Shown: positions 41,575 to 54,530, numbered from the stretch's first letter. The stretch: DNA of 64,000 bases from Rebecca billardiae RCC1528 (GCA_965240325.2 OZ251229.1:186001-250000); one strand, 5' to 3'. Notes: generated by a model from the sequence alone, not told the origin. Program-made: numbers and translations.

Positions 41575-42664
41575 CTACCACACGTTCTTCGCCTTCTTGT
41601 GCGCCGGCTCCTCCTCGTGCTCCATGTTGCCCGCCTCGCGCCCGGCGAACTTGACCTTCATGTCCTCGCAGTTGATCCCGACCATCGGCGCGCCCAGGTC
41701 CTCTGAGACGCGCGCCAGCACGGAGGCGTCCGTGAAGTTGGTCGTCGCCTCGACGATGGCGCGCGCGCGCTTGTGCGGGTTGTCGGACTTGAAGATGCCC
41801 GAGCCGACGAAGACGCCGTCCATCCCGAGCTGCATCATCATCGCCGCGTCCGCCGGCGTCGCCACGCCGCCCGCCGCGAACTGCACCACCGGCAGCCGCC
41901 CGAGTTCCGCCACCTGCTGCACGAGCGCGTAGGGCGCGGCAATCTCCTTGGCGTACGTGAACATCTCGTCGGGGTCCATCGACTTGAGCTGCCGGATGGC
42001 CTTGTTCATCTGGCGCGCGTGGTGCACCGCGTTCACCACGTTGCCCGTGCCCGCCTCGCCCTTCGTCCGGATCATCGTCGCGCCCTCCGCGATGCGGCGC
42101 AGCGCCTCGCCCAGGTTGCGCGCGCCGCACACAAACGGCACCTTGAAGCCCGTCTTGTTCACGTGGTTCTCGTCGTCGGCCATCGTGAGCACCTCGGACT
42201 CGTCGATGAAGTCCACGCCTGCGTCCGCCGCACGCGCGGGACGTCGAGCGTGAGCCCGCGCCGCGCGGGCGCGCGGCTCGCGCGCGCGCGCCGGCGCGCA
42301 CGCCGGAAGGTGCGCCGCGCGCGCGCGCGCGCCGGCGCGCACCGAGCTCCTGCAGGATCTGCGCCTCGACGAAGTGGCCGATGCGCACCTTCGCCATCAC
42401 CGGGATCGTGACCGCCGCCTTGATCTCCTTGATCAGCTTCGGGTCCGACATCCGCGCGACGCCGCCCTCCTTCCGGATGTCGGCCGGCACGCGCTCGAGC
42501 GCCATCACCGCGCACGCGCCCGCCTCCTCGGCGAGGCGCGCCTGCTCCGCGTTGACCACGTCCATGATCACGCCGCCCTTCAGCATCTGCGCCAGCCCGC
42601 CCTTCACCTGGAAGGTGCCCGTGCCGTTCGCACCCGCCGCCGCGCCGTTCGCCGCCTTAGGCAT
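41575..42664 (-). CDS. PDX1: Pyridoxal 5'-phosphate synthase subunit PDX1; intron 42219-42342
   Basis: [83 protein letters not shown]. Confidence 0.97.
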
Positions 42665-43007
42665 GGTGGTCAAGCTCTGGAAGGTGGCGGTCGTGAGCGG
42701 AGCGGGCCACGCGGAGGGACGGCCACGTCTTTGGTGCTGCGAAGCATGTGTGCTCGCCACCGCGCGGAAAGGATGGCGTGCGGATGCGCGGCTTCGTGAA
42801 GCAACTTCAGACTTGAGACTGCGCCTTGCGGGGCTGCGCGTTCCGCCGCACCCGGACGGGCGTCACGGCGACGCCCGGACTCTCACGCCCACCGCAGCAA
42901 AAGCTTGCCGGACGTGGGACGGCAGCCGGGGGCGGCGCTGTGGGCGGCGGCCTCAGACCATCGCCGAGGTCACTCGCCGGGCCGGGCCGCGCGCGCGCGC
43001 GGGCGCG

Positions 43008-44525
43008 ATGCTGCCCACGCTTGGGCGCGGCGGCTTCGCCACCGCCTCCTCGCCGCCGCCCGCCCCGCCGCTGCCGCATCGCGCCGCGACGCTCGGCGCG
43101 CTCCCGCCCGCGCCGCGCGCGGACGCGGGCGGCGGCGCGACCGCCCTCGTCTCGCTGAGCGGCGCGCCGACGCAGCGGCGCGGCTCGTCGGGCAAGGGCG
43201 CGGCGGAGCGGCCCGGCGGCGTGCTCTACAGCTTTGGGTACAACGAGTTCGGCGCGTGCGGCCTCGGCCACCGCTCGGACGCCGTCCCCGTCCCCACGGC
43301 CGTGCCGCTCGGGCCGACGCACCGCGTCGCCGCCGTCGCCGCCGGCCCGTTCCACACGCTCGCGCTGACGGACGGCGGCGTCGCGCTCGCGTGCGGGCGG
43401 AACGAGCACGGGCAGCTCGGGCTCGGCGGGCGCGCCGACGCGCACGCCTTCCGCCCCGTCCTCGCCCTCACCCACTTTGCGACCGGCGCGGCGTGCGGCG
43501 CGCACCACTCGCTGCTGCTCACGCGCCGAGGCCTCGTGTTCGGCTGCGGACGCGGCGCGGGCGGGCGGCTGGGGCTCGGGCGGCGGGCGGGCGGGGCGGG
43601 CGGCGACGCGCTCGGCGCGCAGCACCGCGCCTCCTCGCCGCCGCCCGCCGAGGGCCCGTCGGCAGATCGCGATCTGGCAGATCGCGATCTGGCAGATCGC
43701 GATCTGCCGACGCTTGTGCGCGGCCTCGTGGGGGCGAGGGTGGCGGAGGTGGCGGCGGGGTACGCGCACAGCCTGGCGCGCACGCGCGCGGGCGGCGTGT
43801 TCGCGTGGGGCGCCAACGACGCCGGCCAGTGCGGCGTCGGCGCCCCCGCCGCGCACGCGCGCGCGCTCCTCAGCCCAACTGCCGTCGCCGGCCTCGCGCC
43901 CGGCTGTGTGGCCGTGGCGTGCGGCGACCACCACTGCCTGGCGCTGGTGGAGGAGGCGGGGAGCGGGCTGAGCGCGGTGTACTCGTGGGGCGAGGGCGCG
44001 TACGGCCGCCTCGGCCACGCCGCCGAGGCCACCGAGCGCGCCCCGCGCTTTGTCGAGGCGCTGCCGCCGTCGGCGCGCGTGCGCGCGCTCGCGGCCGGAG
44101 GCGCGAGCTCGGCGGCGATCGATGAGGACGGCGGGCTGTGGGCGTGGGGCGGCGGCACGTGGGGGCTGGGCGCGGGCGGCGCGCACGCGGACATGCTCAC
44201 GCCCACGCGCGTCGACGCGTTCGCCCGCGCGCGCGGCGCCGACGCCGAGCCGCCGCCGCCGGCGCGCGGCGGCGCGCGCGCGCGCGCGGGCGCGGGCGCG
44301 GGCGCGGGCGCGAGCCCGCGCTCGGGCCCGCGCGCGCCCGCCGCGCCCGTGGCGACGCCGATCGGCGCGGTGGCGTGCGCGGAGGACCACATGGTGGCGA
44401 TCGCGCGCGACGGGCGCGTCTTCTCGTGGGGCCGCGACTCGCACGGCCGGCTGGGCCACGCGGCCGGCGCGCGAGCGCTCGGCGGCACGTCGATGGCGGC
44501 CGCGCCCACCGACCTGACCGCTCGA

Positions 44526-44563
<38 letters not shown>

Positions 44564-47500
44564 CGGCGGCGGCGGCGGTATCGGCGCGGAGAGCGGCGCC
44601 CCGCGCGGCGGCATCGGCGGCGTCGGCGGCCCCGCGCGGCTGTCGCACCTCGGCCGCGCCCGCGCGCCGGCCGAGCTCGACTCCTCCGCCTGGGCGGACG
44701 CGCCCCCCGCCGCGCGGCCGCAGGCTGTGGTGTGCGGCGGCTCGCACTCGATGTTGCTGGCACCTGCGGACGTGGGGCGGGGCGGCGGCGCGGAGGGGGC
44801 GGTGGAGGCGGCGGCGTGCGCGCTGCTCGGCGAGGCGCCGCCGCTGCGCCTCCGCGCGGGCGAGCGCGCCCACCTCGCGCTGCAGGCGCGCGACGCCCGC
44901 GGCAACGACCTGGCGCGCGGCGGCGCTTGCGTGCGCGCTCGGCTGCGGCCAGCCGCGCGGCCGGCGGCCATGCTGTCTCGCGCGCGCTCGGAGGGCGGCG
45001 GCCTGGTGGGCGCGGCGGCGGGCGGCGAGCGCTCGGCGGCGGAGGACGAGCTCTCCGCCGCGTCCGAGCTGCGCGTCACAGACGAGTCCGACGGCTCGTA
45101 CACCGTCTCCCTCACCCTCCACCGCGCGGGTGCGTACCAGCTGCACCTCGCGCTGAGCACGCCGACGGCGGCGCGCGGACGCGCGCGGCCGGCGGGCGGT
45201 GCACGCGCGGAGGCGGGCGCGGGCGCGGAGGCGGAGGCGGCGGAGGAGGAGGTGCCGCTGGGGCCGTCGCCGGTCGAGCTGCTCGTCGAGCCGGCCGGCG
45301 TGTGCGCCGAGCGCTGCCGCCTCGTCCCCGCGCCGCCCTCCGCCTCCCTCGCGCGCGCGCTCGCCGGGCGGCGCGAGTGCGTGCGCGTGCACACGGCAGA
45401 CCGCTACGGCAACCGGCTGGCGGCGGGCGGCGCGCAGCTGCGGCTCAGCGTGGACGCGCTGGGCGCGGCGGGCGGCGGCGCGGTCGGCTCGGTGGTGGAC
45501 CACGCCGATGGCAGCTACACCGCGTCGTACGTCGTCACCGCCGCCGGCCGCGTCTGCGTGCGCTGCCATCTCGTCCGGCCGCGGCCGCGCGGCGGCGCGG
45601 GCCGCGGCCGCGCGCGTGACGGGCGCGGCGGCGGCGCCGCGGGCGCGGAGGCGGCGGCGGCGGAGGCGGAGGCGGATTCGGAGCTCGAGCTGCTCGGGCC
45701 GGGGCCGCTCTTTGTCGACGTCGCGCCCGAGCAGCCCAGCGCGCAGCACTCGAGCCTACAGCTGCTGACGCCGCCGCCGCCGCAGCCGTCGGCGCGCGCC
45801 GAGCAGGGCGCGCGCTCGCCCGCGCCGCCCGCCGCCCAAGGGCTGGGCGCAGACGGCAGCGTGCGCGCGCTGGCCGGGGGCGCGGTGCGCTGGCGCGTCG
45901 ACCTGCGCGACCGTTGGGGCAACGCGGTGACGGGCGCGGCCGCGGGCCTCACGCTCTCCACAGCCGGCGCGCCCGGCACGCGCACCCTCGTCGAGCTCGA
46001 CCCCTCGGGCGGCCACACCGCCACCGTGTTCACCTCCGCGCCGGGCTGCTTCTACGCGACCGCGCTGCTGGGCGGGCGCGAGCGGGTGGGCGCGCCCGTG
46101 CGCGTGGTGGTCGCGCCGCGCGGCGCGGCGTGCGCGCTCGTGCGCCCCGCGTGGGGCCCCGCGCGCGCGCCAGCGCCCAGCACGCACCCACACCCGCCCA
46201 CACCCGTCGCCGTCGGCCGCACCCTCCACCTCGAGTGCGCCGCCTGGGACGAGACGGGCGCGGCTCTTGAGCTGCGCGCTGCGGACGTGGCGGTGCGGCC
46301 GCGCGCGCTCGGGCGCGCGGCCGCCTCGCACGGCGCAGCGCGCGCGGGGGCGGACGAGCAGCCGCTGGCGCCGGCCGCGGCCGAGGGCGAGGTGCGCCCT
46401 GCAGAGCACTGGCTGCTGGGCTGGGTGGCACACGGCGACGGAGGCGGCGGCGGAGGCGGAGGCGGCGGCTGCCTCGACGCCGCCGCCCAGCCGGCGGGCG
46501 CGGCGGCGGTGGCGGAGGGCGGCGGCGCCGCAGCCGCTGCCCCCGCCCAGCCGCTGCGCATCGCGCTGTGCGCGTGCGCGGAGGGCGTGGCTGAGCTGCG
46601 CGTGAGCGCGCTCGGCGTGCCCGCTGCGGCCGTGGCGCCGGGCGGCGCGCTGGACTGGGCGGCCGCCACCGCCGCCGTCGGCGCGGCGGACGGCGGCGGT
46701 GCGCCCCTGCTGCTGCGCGCGGTGCACCCGGCGGCGCTCGAGCTGGCGACGAGCGGCGAGTGCGCGTGCGCGCTCGCGCCGCCGCGCCTCCCGCCTCGCC
46801 CGCCGCCGCCGCCGCCCGGTGGCACCGCAGCCGGCGCCGCGCCCTTGCCCTGGCTCTGGCCGCCGCCTGCAGCCGCCGCCGCGCCCGCGGCCGTCGCGGA
46901 CTGCGTGCTCCGGTGCGCGCTCACGCGCACGCGCGAGGGAGCGTGCGTGCGCGTGCGCGTCGACGCCGCGCCCACGCCGCCGCCGCCGGCCACGCCGCCG
47001 TGCTGCGCGCTCGTCCTCGAGCCGAGCGCAGACCCGGGGCTGGCCGAGGCGCTCGCGCGCGCGCGCGCCGCGCTGGAGCGCGCGTTCGGCCGCGGCTGGG
47101 TGCTGCGAGCGGCGCGCGGCGGCGCGGACGGGCGCGCGCACACGGGCGTCGCAGTCGTGAGCGCGGCGCAGCTGGCCAGCGTGCTCGGCGGCTGCGTCTC
47201 CGCTTGGTTTGGCGGCGACGCGCGCGACGGCGCCGACGCTGCCGAGCTCAGCCGGCGCGCGGCGGCGGAGGCGGAGGAGGCGGCCGCGGCCGCGCGCACC
47301 GCCCGACCCACCGGCTGCCCAGAGCGGCCGCTCGGGCGCGTGCGCGCGGGCGGGCCGGTGGAGCGCGCGCTGCTCTTCAAGCTGCTCGCTGATGAGCTCG
47401 GCCTGCGGTGCGCGCTCAGGGCGGATGGGGCGGGCCTGCCGCCGGGAGAGCAGGCGGGCGACGACGCTCCGCCACAGCCGCAGCCGCAGCCGGCCGGGCT

Positions 47501-48020
47501 GCTGGTCGAGCTGCGGGAGGACGACGCCCCGGCCGCGGAGCCGCCCGCCGCGGGCGCGCACCCCGGCGCGGCGCCAACTGCGGAGGCGGCGGCGGCCGCG
47601 CGCGCCCGCGCCCTTGCCCTCGTGGGCCTGCTGCCCGCGCTGAGCCCCGCCCCAGAGCCGCCGCCCCGGGCAGCGAGTGGCGGCGGGGTGGCGCAGCAGG
47701 GCCAGTACAGCGCGGAGGTGGCTGTCTTTGTCACCGACCTCAACTTCCACACCGAGCGGCGGCGGGCGGGCAGCGGCGCCAGCACCGGCGCATCACGCTC
47801 TTCGCCTTTGTCCGCTCACGACGCCGAGCAGCAGCTCCGTGCTGAGGACGCTGCGGCGGCTGATGATGGTCCGATGACGAGCAGTGGCCATCGCTCGGCC
47901 TCGGGCTCGGCAGCGGTCTCATCCCACGCTCACCAGCAGCTGCTGCAGCAGCAGCACGGCGGCAATGCCAATGGCTATGTCAGCGACAGCAGCAGTGATG
48001 GCGGCAGTGAAATGATGTGA
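43008..48020 (+). CDS. Large RCC1-repeat protein with filamin/Ig-like repeats and a degenerate EDR1/ARMC3-like C-terminal domain
   Basis: About 7 RCC1 repeats (SFGYNEFGACGLG, ACGRNEHGQLG, AWGANDAGQCG, SWGEGAYGRLG), filamin-like D.RGN...D..DGSYT motifs, and LGRVRAGGPVERALLFKLLADELGLRC. Confidence 0.8.
43659..43710. repeat. Three tandem 15-bp units each containing a 14-bp palindrome (CAGATCGCGATCTG), encoding ADRDL x3
   Basis: GCAGATCGCGATCTG at 43662, 43677 and 43692, flanked by TCGG...CCGA. Confidence 0.95.
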
Positions 48021-48585
48021 CGATTCTGCTGCTGCGCTGCTGATGCAGGCATATGCACCCTCTCATCGGAGTCAGACTAAGAGACTCGGATTGCGGTAGT
48101 CAGAATATGAATATATATATATATGAATTAATATACTATAAGCTTCATCGCCCAGAGCGCGCTAGGCGGCGCGCTCACTCTCCAAGCCCCTCTTCAGTCT
48201 TCTGCAGCTGCGCGACGCTTGGCCGGCGCGCGGCGACGCGTACTACGACCTCATCCTCATCCAGGCGCCCACGCGGGCGCACGGGGGCCGCGGCTGCCGC
48301 TTGCCGGAGCTGCTCGCCGCTAGGTCGGCGGGCGGCGACATCGACTACGACCTCACCCTCATCCAAGTGCTCCGGAAGGCGCTCGGCCGCGGCGGCATCT
48401 GCCGTCGCCGCCGCGTGCCCCAGGCCGAGGCGGTGCTCCATCCCGGCCCCGCTCCCGTAGGGGGGCAGGGCTGCGGGTGGCGCACTGTCTGACCTGGACG
48501 GAAGGCGCGGACGCATTCTATGTGTCTGTTGCACTCTGAGCCTGACGCTTGTCCGATGCTGCCACGTCGTTAAATATATATATTC

Positions 48586-48939
48586 ATGGCCCGCGGTGCA
48601 GGGCGGAGCGCGCAGCGTGGAGCCCGCACCAGCGGGCCCGAACAACGTTTCAAAAAGATCTTTGATCAAGAAAAAAGGGACGGGGGACGATTTTCAGGGC
48701 TGGAGGAGACCGAGTTTCGAATTTTGAGACTCCCTTACAGGTGCATTAGCGTCGAAAAAGGTCGCGCCCACGGCAAGTTCATATTGGAGTGACGCCCGTC
48801 CAAAAAACTTCACGCCCTTTAGGATCCATAACGTATAACGAACCGTTACAAGCGATTTTTTCCAGCCAATGAGATTGCCGCAAGGTCATCAAGGAGCGAT
48901 GACGACGTATCTAGATAGCCAGCCGGCACCGCGGGCCAT
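48586..48939 (+). mobile_element. MITE-like element, 354 bp, 14-bp TIRs (ATGGCCCGCGGTGC / GCACCGCGGGCCAT)
   Basis: Perfect terminal inverted repeat at 48586-48599 / 48926-48939, a non-coding AT-richer interior, and a second copy at 785. The TSD is ambiguous (possibly AT). Confidence 0.75.
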
Positions 48940-49289
48940 TCGTTCATTACTTGTGTGCTGGACTGCGCTTGTTATTAATTCATTACTTGTGTGCTGGACT
49001 GCCGCTAGCTTTTGCGGGTTCTGATCATCAATCACCCAGGGCCCGGTCTGGTCATAAATGAGCCGCCCGCCGTTTATGACGACCCATTCATGTACATGTA
49101 TGAACAATGGGTCATTAGACCGCGTCGTATCTTAAAAAAAACCGCTTCACGTTGCACCGCGTCGTATCAATGCTCGTAAATGAAATTCTATTCTACCGCT
49201 TCACGTAGTAACCCTGAGATGAGTCGTCGCGGCCCCGTCACCGACGCAAAACAACAGAGGTGGGCCCGATCGCACGTGGGTGGGGGGCG

Positions 49290-50678
49290 ATGGCAAGCAG
49301 CACCTCGACCGGCGACGCCGACCAGGACTACGTTCGCCGCGTATTGAACGCGCTGCTCGACTCGAGGACGGTGACGCGGGTGAACAACACCACGTTCCAG
49401 AGCACCGCTGCCGCCATCTCCGTCGCCAGGCACAAGCAGACCATCCCCGGCGCCGCGAGCGAGTACGGCAAGTCAACAAAAGCGATCAAGCAGCTCCTTG
49501 GCCAGGTCCGCAAGGTGCTGGCGGCGGAGGGCGCACTCGGCAGCGGTGGCGCTGCGCGGTTGATCACCGACTTTCGTTCGTGCCCCGCAGGCGTTCGTCA
49601 CTCGAGGAGCAGCGCGCAAGGGCGAGCCGAGTCCGGAGCACGCGAGCTCGTCGCTCGCCGCCCGGAGCAGAGCGCGCCGCTGCGAGCGAGCGGGCGCGGC
49701 AGAGCTGATGAGCCGGATGCGCCCGGAGCTCGCGCGGCTGAAGGGCGAGCTCGAGCACGCGAGCTCGCGCCTCGACGCCGAGCGCGAGCTCCTCCTCAAC
49801 TCGGTCGACGGCGGCGCGGAGGTGCAGCAGCGTGAGGACGAGCAGGAGCATCAGTGAAACGCGCGCCGGTTCCGGGTCGCGCAGCGGTGCCCAGCTGCCT
49901 GCCACGCGAGCGGCGGCCACGTGGCGCGAGGAGCTGCGTGGGGAAATCGCCGCGCGCGTCGACGCGGCGATCACCGGGCTGCAGGCCTCGGCAATCGACG
50001 CGGTGCGCACCCTCGCCGCCAGCCGCGACGACTCCGCCGTCGAGCTGCAGCAGCTGCGCGCGCAGATGCCAGAAGTGCCGATGGGCGGCGGCGTATCAGC
50101 AGGCTGACGTGCACGAGCACGTGACACGCGGAGGCGCTAGGCGCCAAGCTGGCGAAGTGCGGCGCCGAGCTCGACGAGCTGAGCGACGCGGCAACGGACG
50201 CGCTGGGCGCCCGCGCCGCCATCCTCGCGGCGCCCTCCAGCAGCTCGAGCAGCTGTGGATAGTTGGCCGTCGAGGCGACCGCGGGTGTGACTCACAGTGT
50301 GAGTGAGCCGGCGCGCGGCTCAGCCTGCCGCTGGCAGCCGCCGTCTTCGAGGCCGACGCGGCGGAGGAGGCGGCGGGCGAGCACGGCGGCGCGGTGGAGC
50401 AGGCGCGCACGCGCGGCGGCAGGCGCGACGCGCCGCTCGCCTCGTTCCACCGCCCCGAGCTCCGCTCGGTCGGTCTCGGTGCGAGGCTGCGCAGCCGGCA
50501 GGCCGGGGCCAGCAGTGGCGCACGCTCTCGCTCTGCCGGCACGAGCGACCAGCGGCCCGTCGTCGAGCGCATGGCGCAGGGCGAGTACCTCAAGCAGGTG
50601 CGCCCGCTCGCGCGCACGCGCTGGCTCGCGCCGCGCCAGCGCCTCTCGTCCTGCCTGCGCGCGCGCGCCGGCCGCTAG
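49290..50678 (+). pseudogene. Possible degraded coiled-coil protein gene or TE ORF remnant
   Basis: Protein-like segments in different frames (DYVRRVLNALLDS..., RPELARLKGELEHASSRLDAERE, WREELRGEIAARVDAAI, KLAKCGAELDELSD), separated by stops and frameshifts. One plausible intron at about 49515-49590. Confidence 0.35.
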
Positions 50679-50806
50679 TCCCCGCGGCGGCCCGCGGACC
50701 CGCGGCGACAGTCCTCGGCCCGCCGGCCCGGTGGGCGGCAGTGACTGAGTTGGCGGTGGCAGCTCAGGCGAACTGTTACACATGTCAGACTGACACAGCA
50801 GCCGAC

Positions 50807-50873
50807 GGAGGGTGCGCCGCGGGCCCCGAACTACGTTCGTTCTACGGAAAAAGACCGCGGAACGCGGTCATAT
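50807..50873 (+). repeat. Second copy of the ~70-bp hairpin-ended repeat
   Basis: Near-identical to 2364-2436. Confidence 0.85.
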
Positions 50874-51265
50874 CATATGGATATATATATAATATTATTA
50901 TATATACACACACGAAACCAGTAGTAGTCACAGTGCCCCGGCCCGGGGGCTCGTGAACTCGGTTACGACTCAGAATCAACAAGAATGCACCGGTGTCCGA
51001 CGCCCGACGGCGTGCCCCCGACGGCGACGGGCCTGACGGGCCGATCCGAGTCCAGTACTCCGAGTAGGCAGTGGGCTGAGTGGTGCCAGGGTAGCGCTCG
51101 GCCACTATCATGGCATGCGCAGGATAGCGCGCCGGCCACCGGCCGCGAGAGCTCCTCGCGCGATCGACTCAGCGTTGCGAGCCGTCGAATTCGGGCCGAG
51201 CATCGGAGCGTGTAACGCGGACACGTGCTCGTCGTCAGCGGTCACGTCGGTGGCGCGCGGTCGCC

Positions 51266-51770
51266 TCATGCCGCCGGCTGCGAGCTCGCGCCCGCCTCAC
51301 TCGGCTTGAGGTGCGCCTGGATGAACTCCTGCGTCTCCTGCTCGATCTGCTTCACGCGCCCCTCGAGGCTCGTCTTTTTGCTCGCGAGGCTCGTCGCCTC
51401 CCGCCTGCAGTCCTCCTCGCGCTTCTGCAGCTGCTGCTTCACGCTGTCGAGCGGCCGCGTGATGAACGCCTTGCCGAGCTGCGTGTGCACACGCGTGTCG
51501 TCGGGCACCTCGGTGAGCGCCTTGAGCGTGAGCGCCGACAGCTGCCCGTCGCGACTGCGCTGGCCGAGCTTCTGCGTCGTCAGCTGCAGCTCCTGCGTCG
51601 CGCGCGAGAGGTTGCTCTGCAGCTCGCTGTATGTGCTCATCTCCTGCCGGGCCAGCGGGCGCGCAGAGGGGCGGCGGCGCGGCTCAGGGCGGGCGCGAGC
51701 GCACGCGAGCGCAGAGGACGGCCGCGCGCAGCGGGGCGCGCACCGCTTGGTCCATCTCGAGCGACAGCAT
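51266..51770 (-). CDS. PFDN1: Prefoldin subunit 1 (beta type); intron 51644-51743
   Basis: Two coiled coils around the hairpin LTLKALTEVPDDTRVHTQLGKAF. The short first exon MLSLEMDQA is inferred from splice signals. Confidence 0.8.
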
Positions 51771-52060
51771 CCTTGCGTCGGGCCGTGCGCGGCCGTTGCG
51801 ATCGGGCAACTCCTTGGCGCGATGGCGGCTCCCCCACTCACGCCACCTGCCGCCTTCTCGTGCCCCCGCCCCCGGACTTTGATGAGCCTCCCTCGGAGCG
51901 GAGAAGCCGCCGCCGCCGCCGTCCTCGGAAGTGGCGGCCACCGGTGCTCCTCCTCTCAGTCAAAGCGGGGCTCGTCACGGCTGCAGGCCCGTCAGACATC
52001 GTGGACGCCGTTCCGCCAAGCCGGCCTCGAGGCAGCGATCGCCCCAGTGCCGGCTGCGCC

Positions 52061-53907
52061 ATGGCGGCCTCGTCGTCCAGCACGCCCTCGCACGCCGGCC
52101 GCCGCTGGACGCGCTCGATGCGCGTGATGGACACGCTCGACAGCGCTTGGGCGTCCGATGTGCTGAGCACGATGCCGCACGAGGTGCTCGAGACGATGAT
52201 GCAGTTCCTCGACGAGCCGGCGCTGTGCTCGATGGCGAACGTGAATCGGACGCTGCTCCACCTCGTCCGCCACGCGGACGAGCTGTGGCAGAACCGGTAC
52301 GCCCAGCTCTGGCAGGGGCGCCGCCTGCACGACCCGCTTTGCACGCCACTCGGCAAAGTGCGCCTGCCAGCCGCCGCGCTCTCGCGCATCGGCGCGCCCT
52401 CGTGGCAGGAGGCGTGCATGAGGCGGCGCTCCCAGGATGTCGTCATGCTGCGCAACTGGGGCAGCGGGCGGCACCGCGTGCGCGAGTTCGTCGGCCACGA
52501 GAACGAGGTGCGCGCCGCGCCGGCCGGCTGCGCTCGCGGCCGCCGGCACGCGCTCACGCGAGCACGGCCGCCCCCTCGCCGCGCAGGTGTTCTGCTTGAT
52601 GCGCAAGGGCAACCTGCTCCTCACCGGCTCGCAGGACAGCACGATCCGCGTGTGGGACGTGCACAGCGGCGACCTGCTCGACCGCTGGACGCGGCACGAG
52701 AGCTGGGTCTCGTGCCTCGCGCTCGACGCGCAGCGGCCCAACACGGTGTACAGCGGCGCGCACGACGGCACGGTCCGCACGTGGGACATGGAGAAGCTGC
52801 AGATGGCCTCGATGATCCCGTTCGACGCGCTGTGCGTGCAGCACGGGTACATCGAGGGGGCCACCGGCAACCACCGGTACATCCTCTCGATCGAGCCGCT
52901 GCCGACCGAGGTGTGCTCGGCGACCTACCTGGTGGGCACGATGGACCGCGTCGTGCGCGTCGTGGACATGCGCCAGCCGCGCGTGGTCGGCACGCTCACG
53001 GGGCACAACTCGTACGTGAGCTGCCTCGTGCCCGTGGAGGGCACGCACGAGATCTACACGGGCTCGGGCGACACGCAGATCCGCCAGTGGGACGCGCGCA
53101 CGATGCGCTGCACCGACATCCGCTCGTTCCACACGCTGCCGGTCACGTGCATCCGGCTGCGCGACGGCGAGCTCATCAGCTCGAGCGAGGTGCGCGCGCG
53201 CGCGCGCCCGCGTGTGCCGCGCTGCGCGCGCGCGCGCGCGCGCGGGCTCACGCGCCGCGCGCGCGCGCGACCCTCCGCGCGCGCAGGACGGCCGCCTCAA
53301 GTACTGGCGGCAGAACATCGTGCACCACAGCTCGAACCACAACGAGCTGTGGGGCTTCGACATGAACGAGCGCGTGCTGGTGGCGGGCTGCGAGTGCGGA
53401 CGTCTCGAGGTGCGCGACGCGGTGGACGGCAGGCTGCGCTACGTGGTGAACGGGCACGGCGGGCCCGTGGGCTCGGTGTACCTGGAGGACGACTTCATGA
53501 TCACCGCCTCGGAGGACGCGCTCGTCAAGCTCTGGGAGTTCGACCACCCGGCGGGCGCCGACCTGCCCGATGACGTCGAGCCCGTGCTGCCGCCTGACGC
53601 GCCGCTCGGCGCGGCGCGGACGGTGCTGCCCGCGGGGCCGGAGCGCATAGCGTTCATGCCGGACAACGTGGACGAGCAGGCGGCGCAGCTGGTGCGCACC
53701 ACCACGGTGGACATGGTGCAGGCCTTCCTCACCAACCTCGGCTTCAGCTCGGCCTGCCCGCCCGAGCGCGAGGCGATCCTCGCGGCGTCGGACGCGCTGA
53801 TGCGCGCCATGTTCAGCACCGCGGCCGAGCTGAGCGGCATCGCGCTCGACCACTTTGGGCCCGACGCGACGCCGGAGAATGCGATGGAGCTGGGCGTGCA
53901 CCCCTAG
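52061..53907 (+). CDS. F-box/WD40-repeat protein; introns 52508-52586 and 53190-53286
   Basis: F-box LSTMPHEVLETMMQFLDEPALCSMANVNR...ELWQ, and WD repeats GHENE|VFCL..TGSQDSTIRVWD, SGAHDGTVRTWD, TGSGDTQIRQWD, TASEDALVKLWE. Confidence 0.9.
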
Positions 53908-54530
53908 GGGCGGGCCGCGCGCTGCGTCGCGTGGGCATGCGCTCGTGCCACGACGCTGCTCGGCCGTCAGCGACGACACTGTGTTCTGTGCATGTACGAA
54001 TCCTGTCTGACGGGCAATATGCGTGCCTCGTCCGTTCGGCGTTGCCGCGTTGAGCGTTCTGCCGTTCACTTCACGTCACGCGCCACACCAACGCCGAGAA
54101 CGGGCATCATACACTTGTGAAGCCTAAGACTGTCGCCTGCCAGCCGCCGCCTGCTGCGCTGCTGGTTCAGACGGTCACTATATATATATATACATATAGG
54201 CACTCCTTCCGAGTCGCTGAGACCTGAGTAGTGAGTCACAGTCAGTGACCTCAGAGCTTATTATATATCGTAGGACTTCCAGAGTCCAGCGGATCGATCG
54301 AGCCTCGTCCGTCGTCGTCGTCCCATATATATATATACGTGTACCGCACTCATCAATCGCCATCAGTCGCGGGCTGAGTGCCGCACTGGCGGGACTCGGC
54401 GACTCGGGCGGCCCGCCGGCGTGGGCGTCCGTCGGCGGTCATCATTGGCGACGCCGACGGAGCCCTGTCGCTGAGGAGTCACTGTGACTGAGGGCCTCGA
54501 CTCGTGTGCGTGCATGTATATGGGATATGC

